Below, one piece after another: positions 15,709 to 23,436 of a stretch of DNA of 49,232 nucleotides (positions within the stretch are counted from its first letter, which is position 1; every line of letters begins with the position of its first letter). The notes beneath the pieces were generated by a model. It saw only the letters and a list, made by a program, of their open reading frames with translations. It was not told where the DNA came from and ran no database searches. A program made the translations under genes and the position numbers. The stretch is from Dehalococcoidales bacterium (GTDB taxonomy: Bacteria; Chloroflexota; Dehalococcoidia; Dehalococcoidales; RBG-16-60-22), in NCBI GenBank assembly GCA_016926705.1, contig JAFGOC010000005.1, forward strand, positions 1 to 49,232. Direction: 5' to 3'.

Positions 15709-17199
15709 TTATTTATTGACCTGTGCCAATATAAAGTTCACCAGCGTCCTGACGGGCACGCCGGTGGCCCCTTTGACCAGATAGCCTTTATCTTTATCGG
15801 TATCACCAGTGAAATCAATATGCAACCAAGGAGTCTTGTCCACGAACTCTTCCAGGAACTTGGCAGCGGTAATTGCGCCTCCGTATCTGTTGCCGATGTT
15901 CTTGATATCGGCAACATCGCTCTTGATGAACTCCTTATATTCGTCGAACATGGGCATCTGCCAGGCAGGCTCTCCGGCCTCATTAGCAGCGGTTATTACC
16001 TTGTCCAGTAAAGCCTGATTATTGGTAAAAGTTCCGGATGTAATTTTCCCTAATGCTATCTGGCAAGCGCCGGTCAGTGTTGCAGCATCTACGATGGCCT
16101 TAGCACCGCTTTTCACGGCGTAACTCAAGGCGTCAGCCAGTATTAGCCTTCCCTCGGCATCGGTATTGAGCACTTCGATGGTCTTTCCGTTCATCGCTTT
16201 GATAATATCGCCGGGCTTTAAGGCGGTGCCGCTGGGTAAATTCTCCGTTGCTGGAACGAATGCCGTTACGTTAATCGCGGGTTTTAGCTGGGCTATAGCA
16301 GATATCGTTGCCAGCATAGCCGCTGCCCCCGCCATGTCCCCCTTCATATCCGCCATGCTCTCCGACGGCTTGATGGAAATGCCCCCCGAATCAAAGGTGA
16401 TTCCCTTACCCACCAGCCCCAGGTCGATTCCACTGGATTGGCGGCCTTTATAACTTAAAATAATGAATTTTGGCGGCTGCCGGCTGCCCTGCGAGACCCC
16501 CAACAGTCCTCCCATCCCCAGCTCTTTCATCTTATCCTTATCGAATACTTGTATTTTAAGTCCGTATTTTTTTGCAAGCTGGCGTGCCGCGCTGGCCATT
16601 TGCGTCGGCGTCATGTAGTTGCCTGGCTCGTTGACCATGTCCCGAGCGTAATTGGCCGCTTCCGCGATAATTTTCCCCTTGGCGATAGCCTGTTCAATTG
16701 ACTTTTTAACCCTGCCGACTGCTGTAAATTCCTTAATCTCCCCCAGTCCGTTTTCTTTTTTTGTCATGTAGCGGCGGAACGTGTATAGTCCCAGCACGAC
16801 TCCTTCGGACATCGCTTGTACGGCGGATTCGGCGCTTATTTTATTAATACCGTCTCCAATAATAACGCTTGCCACGCGTGAAACGCTTCTTGCCCGCAGG
16901 TAGCGACATGCCTCGGCGGTAACGCCGCGGACTTTATTAACGTTTAACTCCTGTTTTTTCCCAAGCCCAAGAACTACAATCTTACCAGTAGGCAGTTTGC
17001 CCAGGCTGTGCAGTAGCGTAATCTCATTGAGCTTTCCCTTGACGTCTTTTTGTTTGATAAGGTTTGAAATTACTCCATCCAGTTTTTTATCTATATCGGC
17101 AGCGGCCCCTTCGGGTTTTTTTGCCCCCTCGAAATGACTGACTACGATAGCGTCTGCTTTGATATCAGCTATCTCCCCGGTTGCGGCTTTAATATCCAT
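15709..17199 (-). CDS. pepA: Leucyl aminopeptidase (M17)
   Basis: Signature NTDAEGRLILADAL and VGKGITFDSGG. Confidence 0.93.
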   Translation of the reverse strand: MDIKAATGEIADIKADAIVVSHFEGAKKPEGAAADIDKKLDGVISNLIKQKDVKGKLNEITLLHSLGKLPTGKIVVLGLGKKQELNVNKVRGVTAEACRYLRARSVSRVASVIIGDGINKISAESAVQAMSEGVVLGLYTFRRYMTKKENGLGEIKEFTAVGRVKKSIEQAIAKGKIIAEAANYARDMVNEPGNYMTPTQMASAARQLAKKYGLKIQVFDKDKMKELGMGGLLGVSQGSRQPPKFIILSYKGRQSSGIDLGLVGKGITFDSGGISIKPSESMADMKGDMAGAAAMLATISAIAQLKPAINVTAFVPATENLPSGTALKPGDIIKAMNGKTIEVLNTDAEGRLILADALSYAVKSGAKAIVDAATLTGACQIALGKITSGTFTNNQALLDKVITAANEAGEPAWQMPMFDEYKEFIKSDVADIKNIGNRYGGAITAAKFLEEFVDKTPWLHIDFTGDTDKDKGYLVKGATGVPVRTLVNFILAQVNK

Positions 17200-17211
17200 T
17201 TCAGTCTCCTT

Positions 17212-17799
17212 TTATCGCTTCACTTCTCTCACGACTTTATCTATGATAGGCGTAATATCCCGCGAAGTATCCACGCTAAAGTGTTTGCGGTTTATTTTCT
17301 CTTCCGTCGGCCTCATTTTCTGATAGACTGCCCAGCCCGCGTCGGAATTATCATTAGCGCTTTTGCTTTCCAGCCTCTTTTTCAGTTGTTTTTGCACCAG
17401 TTCCGGAGGCGCCTTAACGCTTACCAGAATCAGCCTGGCACCAGTCCTATCGGCGATATTATAAATACGCTCGCGGTGCCGCTTCGCAAGATTGGTCGCG
17501 TCAAGTATAAGTGGTATTCCTTTCTTAAGCAGGTCTTCGATTAGTTGGTAAATGGCGCGGAAAAGACCGGCGCTCTCCTCGGCGGAGTATTTCGGCTTCG
17601 GGAAGAGTTGCTTGCGTAGAGCGTCGCTTTCCAGAATGAAAAAGGGCAGACACTCCGCCAATCTACGGCAGAAATGTGATTTGCCTGTCCCCGGCAGCCC
17701 GCTGACCACTATAATAGTGGGCTGGGCCTCTGCTTCGTGAAGGTCAGTAAAGCTGTCGGCCAGGCGCTGGGCATCGCTGATAACCTGTGGGACTTTCAT
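17212..17799 (-). CDS. P-loop kinase/ATPase (AAA_33 / zeta-toxin-like fold)
   Basis: Walker A (VSGLPGTGKSHF); 195 aa; no further family assignment possible by eye. Confidence 0.7.
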   Translation of the reverse strand: MKVPQVISDAQRLADSFTDLHEAEAQPTIIVVSGLPGTGKSHFCRRLAECLPFFILESDALRKQLFPKPKYSAEESAGLFRAIYQLIEDLLKKGIPLILDATNLAKRHRERIYNIADRTGARLILVSVKAPPELVQKQLKKRLESKSANDNSDAGWAVYQKMRPTEEKINRKHFSVDTSRDITPIIDKVVREVKR

Positions 17800-17806
17800 C
17801 CCTTAG

Positions 17807-17835
17807 ATTATAAATTGTTTCGCTCCGTTTGGCTA
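17807..17835 (-). promoter_or_regulatory. Candidate promoter abutting the ATG of the P-loop gene (leaderless-type)
   Basis: Minus strand reads TAGCCA-17 nt-TATAAT, followed by 7 nt (CTAAGGG) and the ATG at 17799. Confidence 0.4.
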
Positions 17836-17861
17836 GGCAGCAGGTAAAATTATACAAAAAT

Positions 17862-18719
17862 TTATTCACCATAGAAAGCCGCGCCTACCAGCCCTGGCCC
17901 GGTATGGACCCCCATTACGGGGGTAAACTCGGTAATATATATTTCTTTACAATCGAATTGCGCTGTAATTCTGTCTTTCAGGATAATCGCTTCTTTTTCG
18001 GCATCGGCATGCATTACGGCTACATGAAGCTGCTGTCCTTTCTTGACTGTTGCATCCATCAGCTTCAGTATACGTCCTAGAGCACTTTTCGTAGTCCGCG
18101 GCAAACCGACCGTGTGGGGGTCGGCATGATTCAGTGTAAACACAGGTTTGAGGTCAAGGATAGTGTTTACCAGCGCAGCAGCTTGAGGCACTCGGCCGCT
18201 CCTTGCCAGGTAGTGCAGCGTGTCCAGCGTAGCGAATAAATTGACCCTGGACATAACGTTACCAACAATTCTCTTGACCTCTTCCAGTGATTCATCCAGC
18301 GCGGCTGCTCTGGCGGCTGCCAACGCAACCAGCCCTTGTCCGGCGGCGGCCGTTGTACATTCCATCACTTCAATGGTAACGTCGTGAAGTGTGTTTTTAG
18401 CCATCTCGACCGCAGCCCTGGCCGAATTGTACATTGCGCTGAACTTAACCGGTTCCGTTAAACAAAGGATGCTCTGCGCTCTGCGGCTGGCTTTTCTGAA
18501 AGCTTCTAGGTAAGGCGTTGGTGAGGAGGCGGATGTGGTGGGCAGTTTTTTTGAATTACGCAGCATGGTATAGAATTCGGTTGGAGTGATGTCTATCCCG
18601 TCCCGGTAGGTCTTCTCGTTGATTATCAGGGGAACGGGCACCACTTCGATATTCAGCGTTTTTACCTGTTCCGGCGGAACGCAGGCGGTAGTGTCGGTAA
18701 CGATGCCTACTGTTTTCGT
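17862..18719 (-). CDS. DegV family (fatty-acid-binding) protein; N-terminus extended beyond the first canonical start
   Basis: The track ORF starts at GTG 18644. The open frame upstream encodes TKTVGIVTDTTACVPPEQVKTLNIE, which is the conserved DegV N-terminus (K-I-x-I-V-T-D-S). AGAGGTG lies 5 nt before ACG at 18717-18719. Confidence 0.8.
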   Translation of the reverse strand, partial: TKTVGIVTDTTACVPPEQVKTLNIEVVPVPLIINEKTYRDGIDITPTEFYTMLRNSKKLPTTSASSPTPYLEAFRKASRRAQSILCLTEPVKFSAMYNSARAAVEMAKNTLHDVTIEVMECTTAAAGQGLVALAAARAAALDESLEEVKRIVGNVMSRVNLFATLDTLHYLARSGRVPQAAALVNTILDLKPVFTLNHADPHTVGLPRTTKSALGRILKLMDATVKKGQQLHVAVMHADAEKEAIILKDRITAQFDCKEIYITEFTPVMGVHTGPGLVGAAFYGE

Positions 18720-18742
18720 GGTTGCACCTCTAAGAGGATATT

Positions 18743-19693
18743 TTATGCCGTTGGGACTGTGCTGCTTCCTTTTTCTCCGTAGCGCCCGGAGATGGCTTTC
18801 TTATTTTTGAGGCGTCTTTCCATAAGTAAAGGAACGAGCAGCACTCCCCACATTATTATCAACAGGCCAAGGAAAACCAGGTTAATCAGATGGCCTGTGG
18901 AATAATAAACTATAAGGCTTAATGTAGGCAAACTGGAAGCGGCCAGCAGACTCACTCTTAGCCACCGTTGCCGCAAGCGGATGAAGACGGCGATGGTCAG
19001 CGCCAGGCCCATGAAGCTAAGACCTATCCAGGGGGCGTAGTTATAAAGCCGCTGTAAACTTTCCTCGGAGAATTTGCCCGACGGTGATATCGCCAATATC
19101 CACCCGATGATTATAGGCAGCGGTAGCAGCATCAATGAGCTGAAAAGCCAGTCCCTCTTAATCGTAAGAGTGATAATACGGATGAGCCACCAGAGTGCCA
19201 GCGGAAAATAGACCGGCAGCGCCAGGAATGACCACCCTCTGGGAAGGTATAGCAGCATCAATCCTACGATAAGCACCGGCAGCAGCGTATAACCCAGCCA
19301 TGGGAAAACCCAGGTGGGTTTGCCGTGGCACCAGCCGTAGACCGTCGCGGCTAGAATCAGCACCAGTACAATCGATATCCAGCCGGGATAATGCCACCAG
19401 TTGAGAACAAATAACAGCCCGAAGAGGAAATGAGGCAGTGAAGCGAGCAGCACCTGTTTCCAGCTGCCCTGGCTGTAGGCTTCATATATCTGCCTGGCGA
19501 TTGACTTGGTGTTGCCCATCTGGTTAAGGCAAGTTTCAGTCGCCTCTTCCTTGGACATTCCTGAATTGGTCAACTCCTGAAGCTTGTCCTCTATATGCGC
19601 CTCGAGCTCGCTCATTACAACAGCTTCATCTGAAAGCTCGAGTCTGGCGTGGGACCGGATACTCTCAAGGTATTGAGTTAAATTCAGTGTCAC
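18743..19693 (-). CDS. Multi-pass membrane protein with a PadR-associated N-terminal helical prefix domain
   Basis: N-terminus (ELEAHIEDKLQEL...) followed by ~7 hydrophobic helices. It lies immediately downstream of the PadR gene. Confidence 0.7.
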   Translation of the reverse strand: MTLNLTQYLESIRSHARLELSDEAVVMSELEAHIEDKLQELTNSGMSKEEATETCLNQMGNTKSIARQIYEAYSQGSWKQVLLASLPHFLFGLLFVLNWWHYPGWISIVLVLILAATVYGWCHGKPTWVFPWLGYTLLPVLIVGLMLLYLPRGWSFLALPVYFPLALWWLIRIITLTIKRDWLFSSLMLLPLPIIIGWILAISPSGKFSEESLQRLYNYAPWIGLSFMGLALTIAVFIRLRQRWLRVSLLAASSLPTLSLIVYYSTGHLINLVFLGLLIIMWGVLLVPLLMERRLKNKKAISGRYGEKGSSTVPTA

Positions 19694-19705
19694 CGACCTG
19701 TTCCT

Positions 19706-20047
19706 TTAAATCCCTTTGCTTTCCGGCTGAAGTATTAACTTGACGGCTGTGAAATAGTCCAACCACTGGGTCTTTTCCATCGCCAGTGTAGCCTGACCCT
19801 TGGCGGTAATGTGATAATAACGCCTTTGACGTCCGTTTGGCAACATTTCCCAGGTCCCTTTAACCAGACCGCTCTTTTCCAAGCGGTGCAGGGCCGGATA
19901 GAGCGTACCCTCTTTGAACTTGAAATATCCCTGGCTCCTCACTTCCAGTTCCTTGACTATCTGGTAGCCGTACATGGGCTTTCGCTCCAGTAAAGAAAGG
20001 AGGAGGTAGCTTGAACTGCCTTTTAACAGGTCACGTTTTGGTTCCAT
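19706..20047 (-). CDS. PadR family transcriptional regulator
   Basis: MYGYQIVKELE...GTLYPALHRLEKSGLV is the PadR winged-helix signature. Confidence 0.9.
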   Translation of the reverse strand: MEPKRDLLKGSSSYLLLSLLERKPMYGYQIVKELEVRSQGYFKFKEGTLYPALHRLEKSGLVKGTWEMLPNGRQRRYYHITAKGQATLAMEKTQWLDYFTAVKLILQPESKGI

Positions 20048-20200
20048 AATTAGTCACCTCAATCGCCATTCTTACTTAGACAATCTATGTATGTCAATAC
20101 TATCAAAGAAATATCATCTTTGCAAGAGGGAATAGTCTATCACTTTTTATATTTTACCGGGGCAGCCAAAGGATTAATTTTCCTGAAATGTAAGCGTATA

Positions 20201-20368
20201 TTAATCTGATTTTACGGCACCGGCCAATGCCAGTACCGCAGCGATAGCGCCGAAGACGATACCCACCCAGGAGCCATCGATGAACGAACCTAAAAGGACC
20301 CAGATTCCCAGAGAACAGACTGCAAGACTTAGTAATTTCACTGTATAGTTGACCTCCCGTTTTTTCAT
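20201..20368 (-). CDS. Possible 55-aa two-helix membrane peptide (alternative frame to the 75-aa track ORF)
   Basis: MKKREVNYTVKLLSLAVCSLGIWVLLGSFIDGSWVGIVFGAIAAVLALAGAVKSD reads as a plausible membrane protein. The overlapping 20154..20381 ORF is R/C/G-rich nonsense. The SD is weak. Confidence 0.4.
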   Translation of the reverse strand: MKKREVNYTVKLLSLAVCSLGIWVLLGSFIDGSWVGIVFGAIAAVLALAGAVKSD

Positions 20369-20521
20369 TTTTACTTTTCACGACTGCCCCGGCAGTGAAT
20401 ACCTAGAGATGCATAATACATAGATACTCTAGGTATAATAACAATAAAATTGATGCTTGTCAATCATCAATAACGGGGATTTTTTTGTTGATAAATATTT
20501 ATAACTAGTAGATGATTCAAC

Positions 20522-20550
20522 TTGAGACTGCCCGTACAAAATGCTATAGT
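20522..20550 (+). promoter_or_regulatory. Promoter of tRNA-Leu
   Basis: TTGAGA-17 nt-TATAGT with an extended -10 TG (TGCTATAGT), 25 nt upstream of the tRNA. Confidence 0.6.
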
Positions 20551-20575
20551 ACGGAATAACAGCTGTCTTGCCTCT

Positions 20576-20657
20576 GGGGGAGTGCCGGAATTGGCAGACG
20601 GGCTGGACTTAGGATCCAGTGCAGCAATGCGTGGGGGTTCGAGTCCCCCCTTCCCCA
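20576..20657 (+). tRNA. tRNA-Leu(UAG): tRNA-Leu (anticodon UAG), type II with long variable arm, CCA not encoded
   Basis: Acceptor stem GGGGGAG/CUUCCCC with discriminator A. Anticodon arm CUGGA-CUUAGGA-UCCAG. Long variable arm. T arm GGGGG-UUCGAGU-CCCCC. Confidence 0.92.
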
Positions 20658-20686
20658 TTTTCCCTAATTGATAAAAGTTCTTTCCA

Positions 20687-20716
20687 TTGACAACCTGTCT
20701 CTGTTATTCATAAAAT
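20687..20716 (+). promoter_or_regulatory. Candidate promoter of the epimerase/reductase gene
   Basis: TTGACA-18 nt-TAAAAT. The SD AGAGGGAG precedes GTG at 20739. Confidence 0.45.
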
Positions 20717-20738
20717 TTACTTTAGAGGGAGTGGGAAA

Positions 20739-21734
20739 GTGGTTATCGTAACGGGTGCGACGGGGCATATTGGCAACGTTCTGGTACGTGAGTTGCTGGC
20801 TGGGGGCATGAACGTTAGGGTCTTGGTCTTGCCTGATGATGATACGCATCCCCTTGAAGGATTGAATGTAAATATCGTTCAAGGGGATATTACCGACCTT
20901 GAGAGTCTTAAATTCGCTTTTAAAGGTGTTGATATTGTTTTTCACCTCGCCGGTATTATTACCATCATGCCCAGTATGGCGACTGTGCTTGAACGAGTAA
21001 ATGTTGGCGGCTTAAGGAATGTAATCGCCGCCTGCCGCGCTTGCAATGTCCGACGTCTTGTCTATACCAGCTCTATCCATGCTGTCGCCGAGCCGCCTCA
21101 AGGCACTGTCATCGACGAGTCGCAGCCGTTCTCTCCCGAACATGTCCTGGGCGACTACGCCAGAAGCAAGGCCCGCGCTACCTTGCTGCTGCTTGACGAG
21201 GTTAAAAAAGGCGGAATTGATGCGGTTATCTGCTGTCCGACGGGTGTTATCGGTCCGGGGGATTTTGGAATTTCCAATATCGGGCAGCTAATTATTGATT
21301 TCGCCAGCGGGTATCTCAAGTCCTATGTCAGCGGTGCTTACGACTTCGTAGATGTACGCGATGTTGCCCGGGGTCTCATACTTGCCGCGGAAAAAGGGCA
21401 GTCGGGGCGTCATTATATCCTCTCCGGCGCGCAGGTCCAGGTGCCGGAACTCATGAAAGAACTGGCGCGTAATATCGGCTATCCCGCACCGACTTACCGT
21501 ATACCGGCCGTCATTGCCCGTGCTGCTGGAGTCCTCGCCAGTGTGTATTACCGATTAATCCGTCGAAAGCCCGTTTTCACCGCTTACTCCATCGATGTGC
21601 TGCGGAGTAACTCGCTGGTCAGTTCGGCACGGGCGTGTGAAGAACTCGGCTTTACCTCAAGGCCATGGCAGGAGTCTATCTTCGACCATGTAGAATGGTT
21701 CCGCGCTGAAGGTATGCTTCCCACACGACGCTAG
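20739..21734 (+). CDS. NAD(P)-dependent epimerase/dehydratase-family (extended SDR, dihydroflavonol-reductase-like) protein
   Basis: VTGATGHIGNVLV Rossmann motif and catalytic YARSK (YxxxK). Confidence 0.85.
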   Translation: MVIVTGATGHIGNVLVRELLAGGMNVRVLVLPDDDTHPLEGLNVNIVQGDITDLESLKFAFKGVDIVFHLAGIITIMPSMATVLERVNVGGLRNVIAACRACNVRRLVYTSSIHAVAEPPQGTVIDESQPFSPEHVLGDYARSKARATLLLLDEVKKGGIDAVICCPTGVIGPGDFGISNIGQLIIDFASGYLKSYVSGAYDFVDVRDVARGLILAAEKGQSGRHYILSGAQVQVPELMKELARNIGYPAPTYRIPAVIARAAGVLASVYYRLIRRKPVFTAYSIDVLRSNSLVSSARACEELGFTSRPWQESIFDHVEWFRAEGMLPTRR

Positions 21735-21741
21735 TCTCAAC

Positions 21742-21770
21742 TTGACACCGCCAGTGTTGCCGTCTAAAGT
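21742..21770 (+). promoter_or_regulatory. Candidate promoter of the MBL-fold gene
   Basis: TTGACA-17 nt-TAAAGT. Confidence 0.4.
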
Positions 21771-21833
21771 ATGGGATAGCTGATATTTTCCAATTCTTAA
21801 AAAAAATCCCGTATCTTTTTCAAGGAGTAAAGA

Positions 21834-22640
21834 ATGCAGAAAATTACTGAAAATGTGTATGTAGAGAGTCAAATAAGCGCCTGCAACTCGAGTTGTGTGG
21901 TGACTAAAGACGGTGTGGTGGTCATTGATACCCCGATGGTGCCGGCCAACGCCAAGAAACATGCTGCGGCAATCTCAAAATTCGGTCAGGTACGTTATCT
22001 AGTCAATACCGAGCCCCACGGCGACCATATCTCCGGCAACTGCTATTTTGGCGGCACGCATATCGCCCATGCCGGCACGCGTGAAGCTATTTTGGCCTCC
22101 AAGGTTGAGGACATCAAGGGCATGCTTCAGATGATGTCACCTGGGACCGTTCTGGATAACGATTTTAAATACCGTCCCTCTGATATCACTTTTTCCGAGC
22201 AGATGACCTTTTATCTTGGCGACCACTCGTTTTATCTCTATCATATGCTGGGTCACAGTCCTTACCAGTTAGCCGTTTATGTCCCTGAGGAAAGGACTAT
22301 TTTCACTTCGGACAATATCAGCAGGACTCTGCCTTTCTTCCGCCAGGCTATTCCCGACGCATGGTTGAAAACATTGAAAGAACTTAAAAAGTTTGATGTG
22401 GATTACGTGGTTCCCGGCCACGGCGATGTTGGCGATAAAAGCTGTATCGCGGAAATGGAAAGAACTGTAAATACCTGGATAAATACCGTTAAAGGAGCTA
22501 TTGCCAAAGGGATGACCCTTGAGGAGGTTCAGAAAAAGGTCACCATGCATGAGCAGTTCCCGAATTTGCCCCACGATGAGCGTACTGCCGGGGTTGTTAA
22601 TATGAATGTGACAAGGCTTTATGAAATTCTGAAAAAGTAA
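21834..22640 (+). CDS. MBL-fold metallo-hydrolase
   Basis: VVIDTP...NTEPHGDHISGN metal-binding region and later PGHGD. SD is AAGGAG. Confidence 0.8.
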   Translation: MQKITENVYVESQISACNSSCVVTKDGVVVIDTPMVPANAKKHAAAISKFGQVRYLVNTEPHGDHISGNCYFGGTHIAHAGTREAILASKVEDIKGMLQMMSPGTVLDNDFKYRPSDITFSEQMTFYLGDHSFYLYHMLGHSPYQLAVYVPEERTIFTSDNISRTLPFFRQAIPDAWLKTLKELKKFDVDYVVPGHGDVGDKSCIAEMERTVNTWINTVKGAIAKGMTLEEVQKKVTMHEQFPNLPHDERTAGVVNMNVTRLYEILKK

Positions 22641-22652
22641 ATTTCTTCCATC

Positions 22653-22672
22653 ATTCCCGCGAAAGCAGGAAT
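22653..22672. repeat. Isolated REP-like hairpin ATTCCCGC-GAAA-GCAGGAAT
   Basis: 8-bp stem (one mismatch) capped by a GAAA tetraloop, 13 nt after the stop at 22640. It belongs to the same 'attccc..gggaat' family as the outer stem at 1011-1054. Confidence 0.7.
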
Positions 22673-22698
22673 CTAGTGGCGGGGAAAGAGGTATAATC

Positions 22699-23436
22699 AT
22701 GGATCTTCAATTGAAAGATAAAGTAGCGCTGGTCACCGGCGCCGGCAGCCAGATTGGCTACGGCAAGGCCATCTGCCTGACCCTTGCTGAAGAAGGCTGT
22801 CATATTGTCGCCGCAGATATCGATCATAAAGGGGCTAAGCAGACCGCCGCGCAGGTAGAGGTTCTAGGGTGTCGGGCTTTGGCTGTAAAAGTTGATGTTA
22901 TTAAAAAGAAAGAAGTCGATTCTATGGTAACTCAAGCCATTGAAAAGTTCGGTAAAATTGATATCCTGGTCAATAACGCCGGCGCCAGCAGCGAGTTACG
23001 CCCCTTTATGGAAATGATGGAAGAGGACTGGCAGTTCGATATCGGCGTGAACCTTATCGGTCAGATGCGGGTCGCCCGCGCCGTGCTGCCTCACATGCTC
23101 GCCCGCAAGTACGGCCGTATCATCAATACCTCCGGCGGGCAGGGTTTCCCTGATATCTCCATCTATGGAGCGGCAAAGGGCGGCGTCGTCCAGTTCACCA
23201 AGGCTCTAGCGAGAGAGGTCGGTGATAAGGGAATCTTCGTTAATGCGGTGGGTCCTGGACTCGGCAAGACCGGCCTGGTCTGGCGCGCCCCGAAAGAAAT
23301 GCTGGAGGAGGAGAAGGAGGCTTCTCTGCTCAAGCGACTCTGTGAGCCGGCGGACGTGGCAAATGTGGTGGCTTTCCTGGCGTCGGATAAGTGCAGTTAT
23401 ATGATGGGGCAGCTTGTCCAGCTGGGCACATCTTAG
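22699..23436 (+). CDS. Classical SDR oxidoreductase (FabG-like)
   Basis: TGAGSQIGYG, NNAG and YGAAK motifs. Confidence 0.9.
   Translation: MDLQLKDKVALVTGAGSQIGYGKAICLTLAEEGCHIVAADIDHKGAKQTAAQVEVLGCRALAVKVDVIKKKEVDSMVTQAIEKFGKIDILVNNAGASSELRPFMEMMEEDWQFDIGVNLIGQMRVARAVLPHMLARKYGRIINTSGGQGFPDISIYGAAKGGVVQFTKALAREVGDKGIFVNAVGPGLGKTGLVWRAPKEMLEEEKEASLLKRLCEPADVANVVAFLASDKCSYMMGQLVQLGTS

Noticed and set aside
15373-16011. Other long antisense ORFs: 15373..16011, 22269..22700, 23965..24561, 33606..34070, 45502..45996, 47144..47666.
   Set aside because: Each lies opposite a confidently identified gene and has no motifs, no SD and biased composition. These are shadow ORFs.
20154-20381. 75-aa track ORF (MKSKNEKTGG...).
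   Set aside because: Its composition is R/C/G-rich and non-protein-like. The overlapping frame gives a convincing 55-aa two-helix membrane peptide (20201-20368).
20369-20521. AT-rich palindromes upstream of tRNA-Leu (ATAAATATTTAT; ATTGATG-N9-CATCAAT; CCTAGAG..CTCTAGG).
   Set aside because: Short dyads are expected by chance in AT-rich spacers. Nothing links them to a regulator or to other copies in the window.
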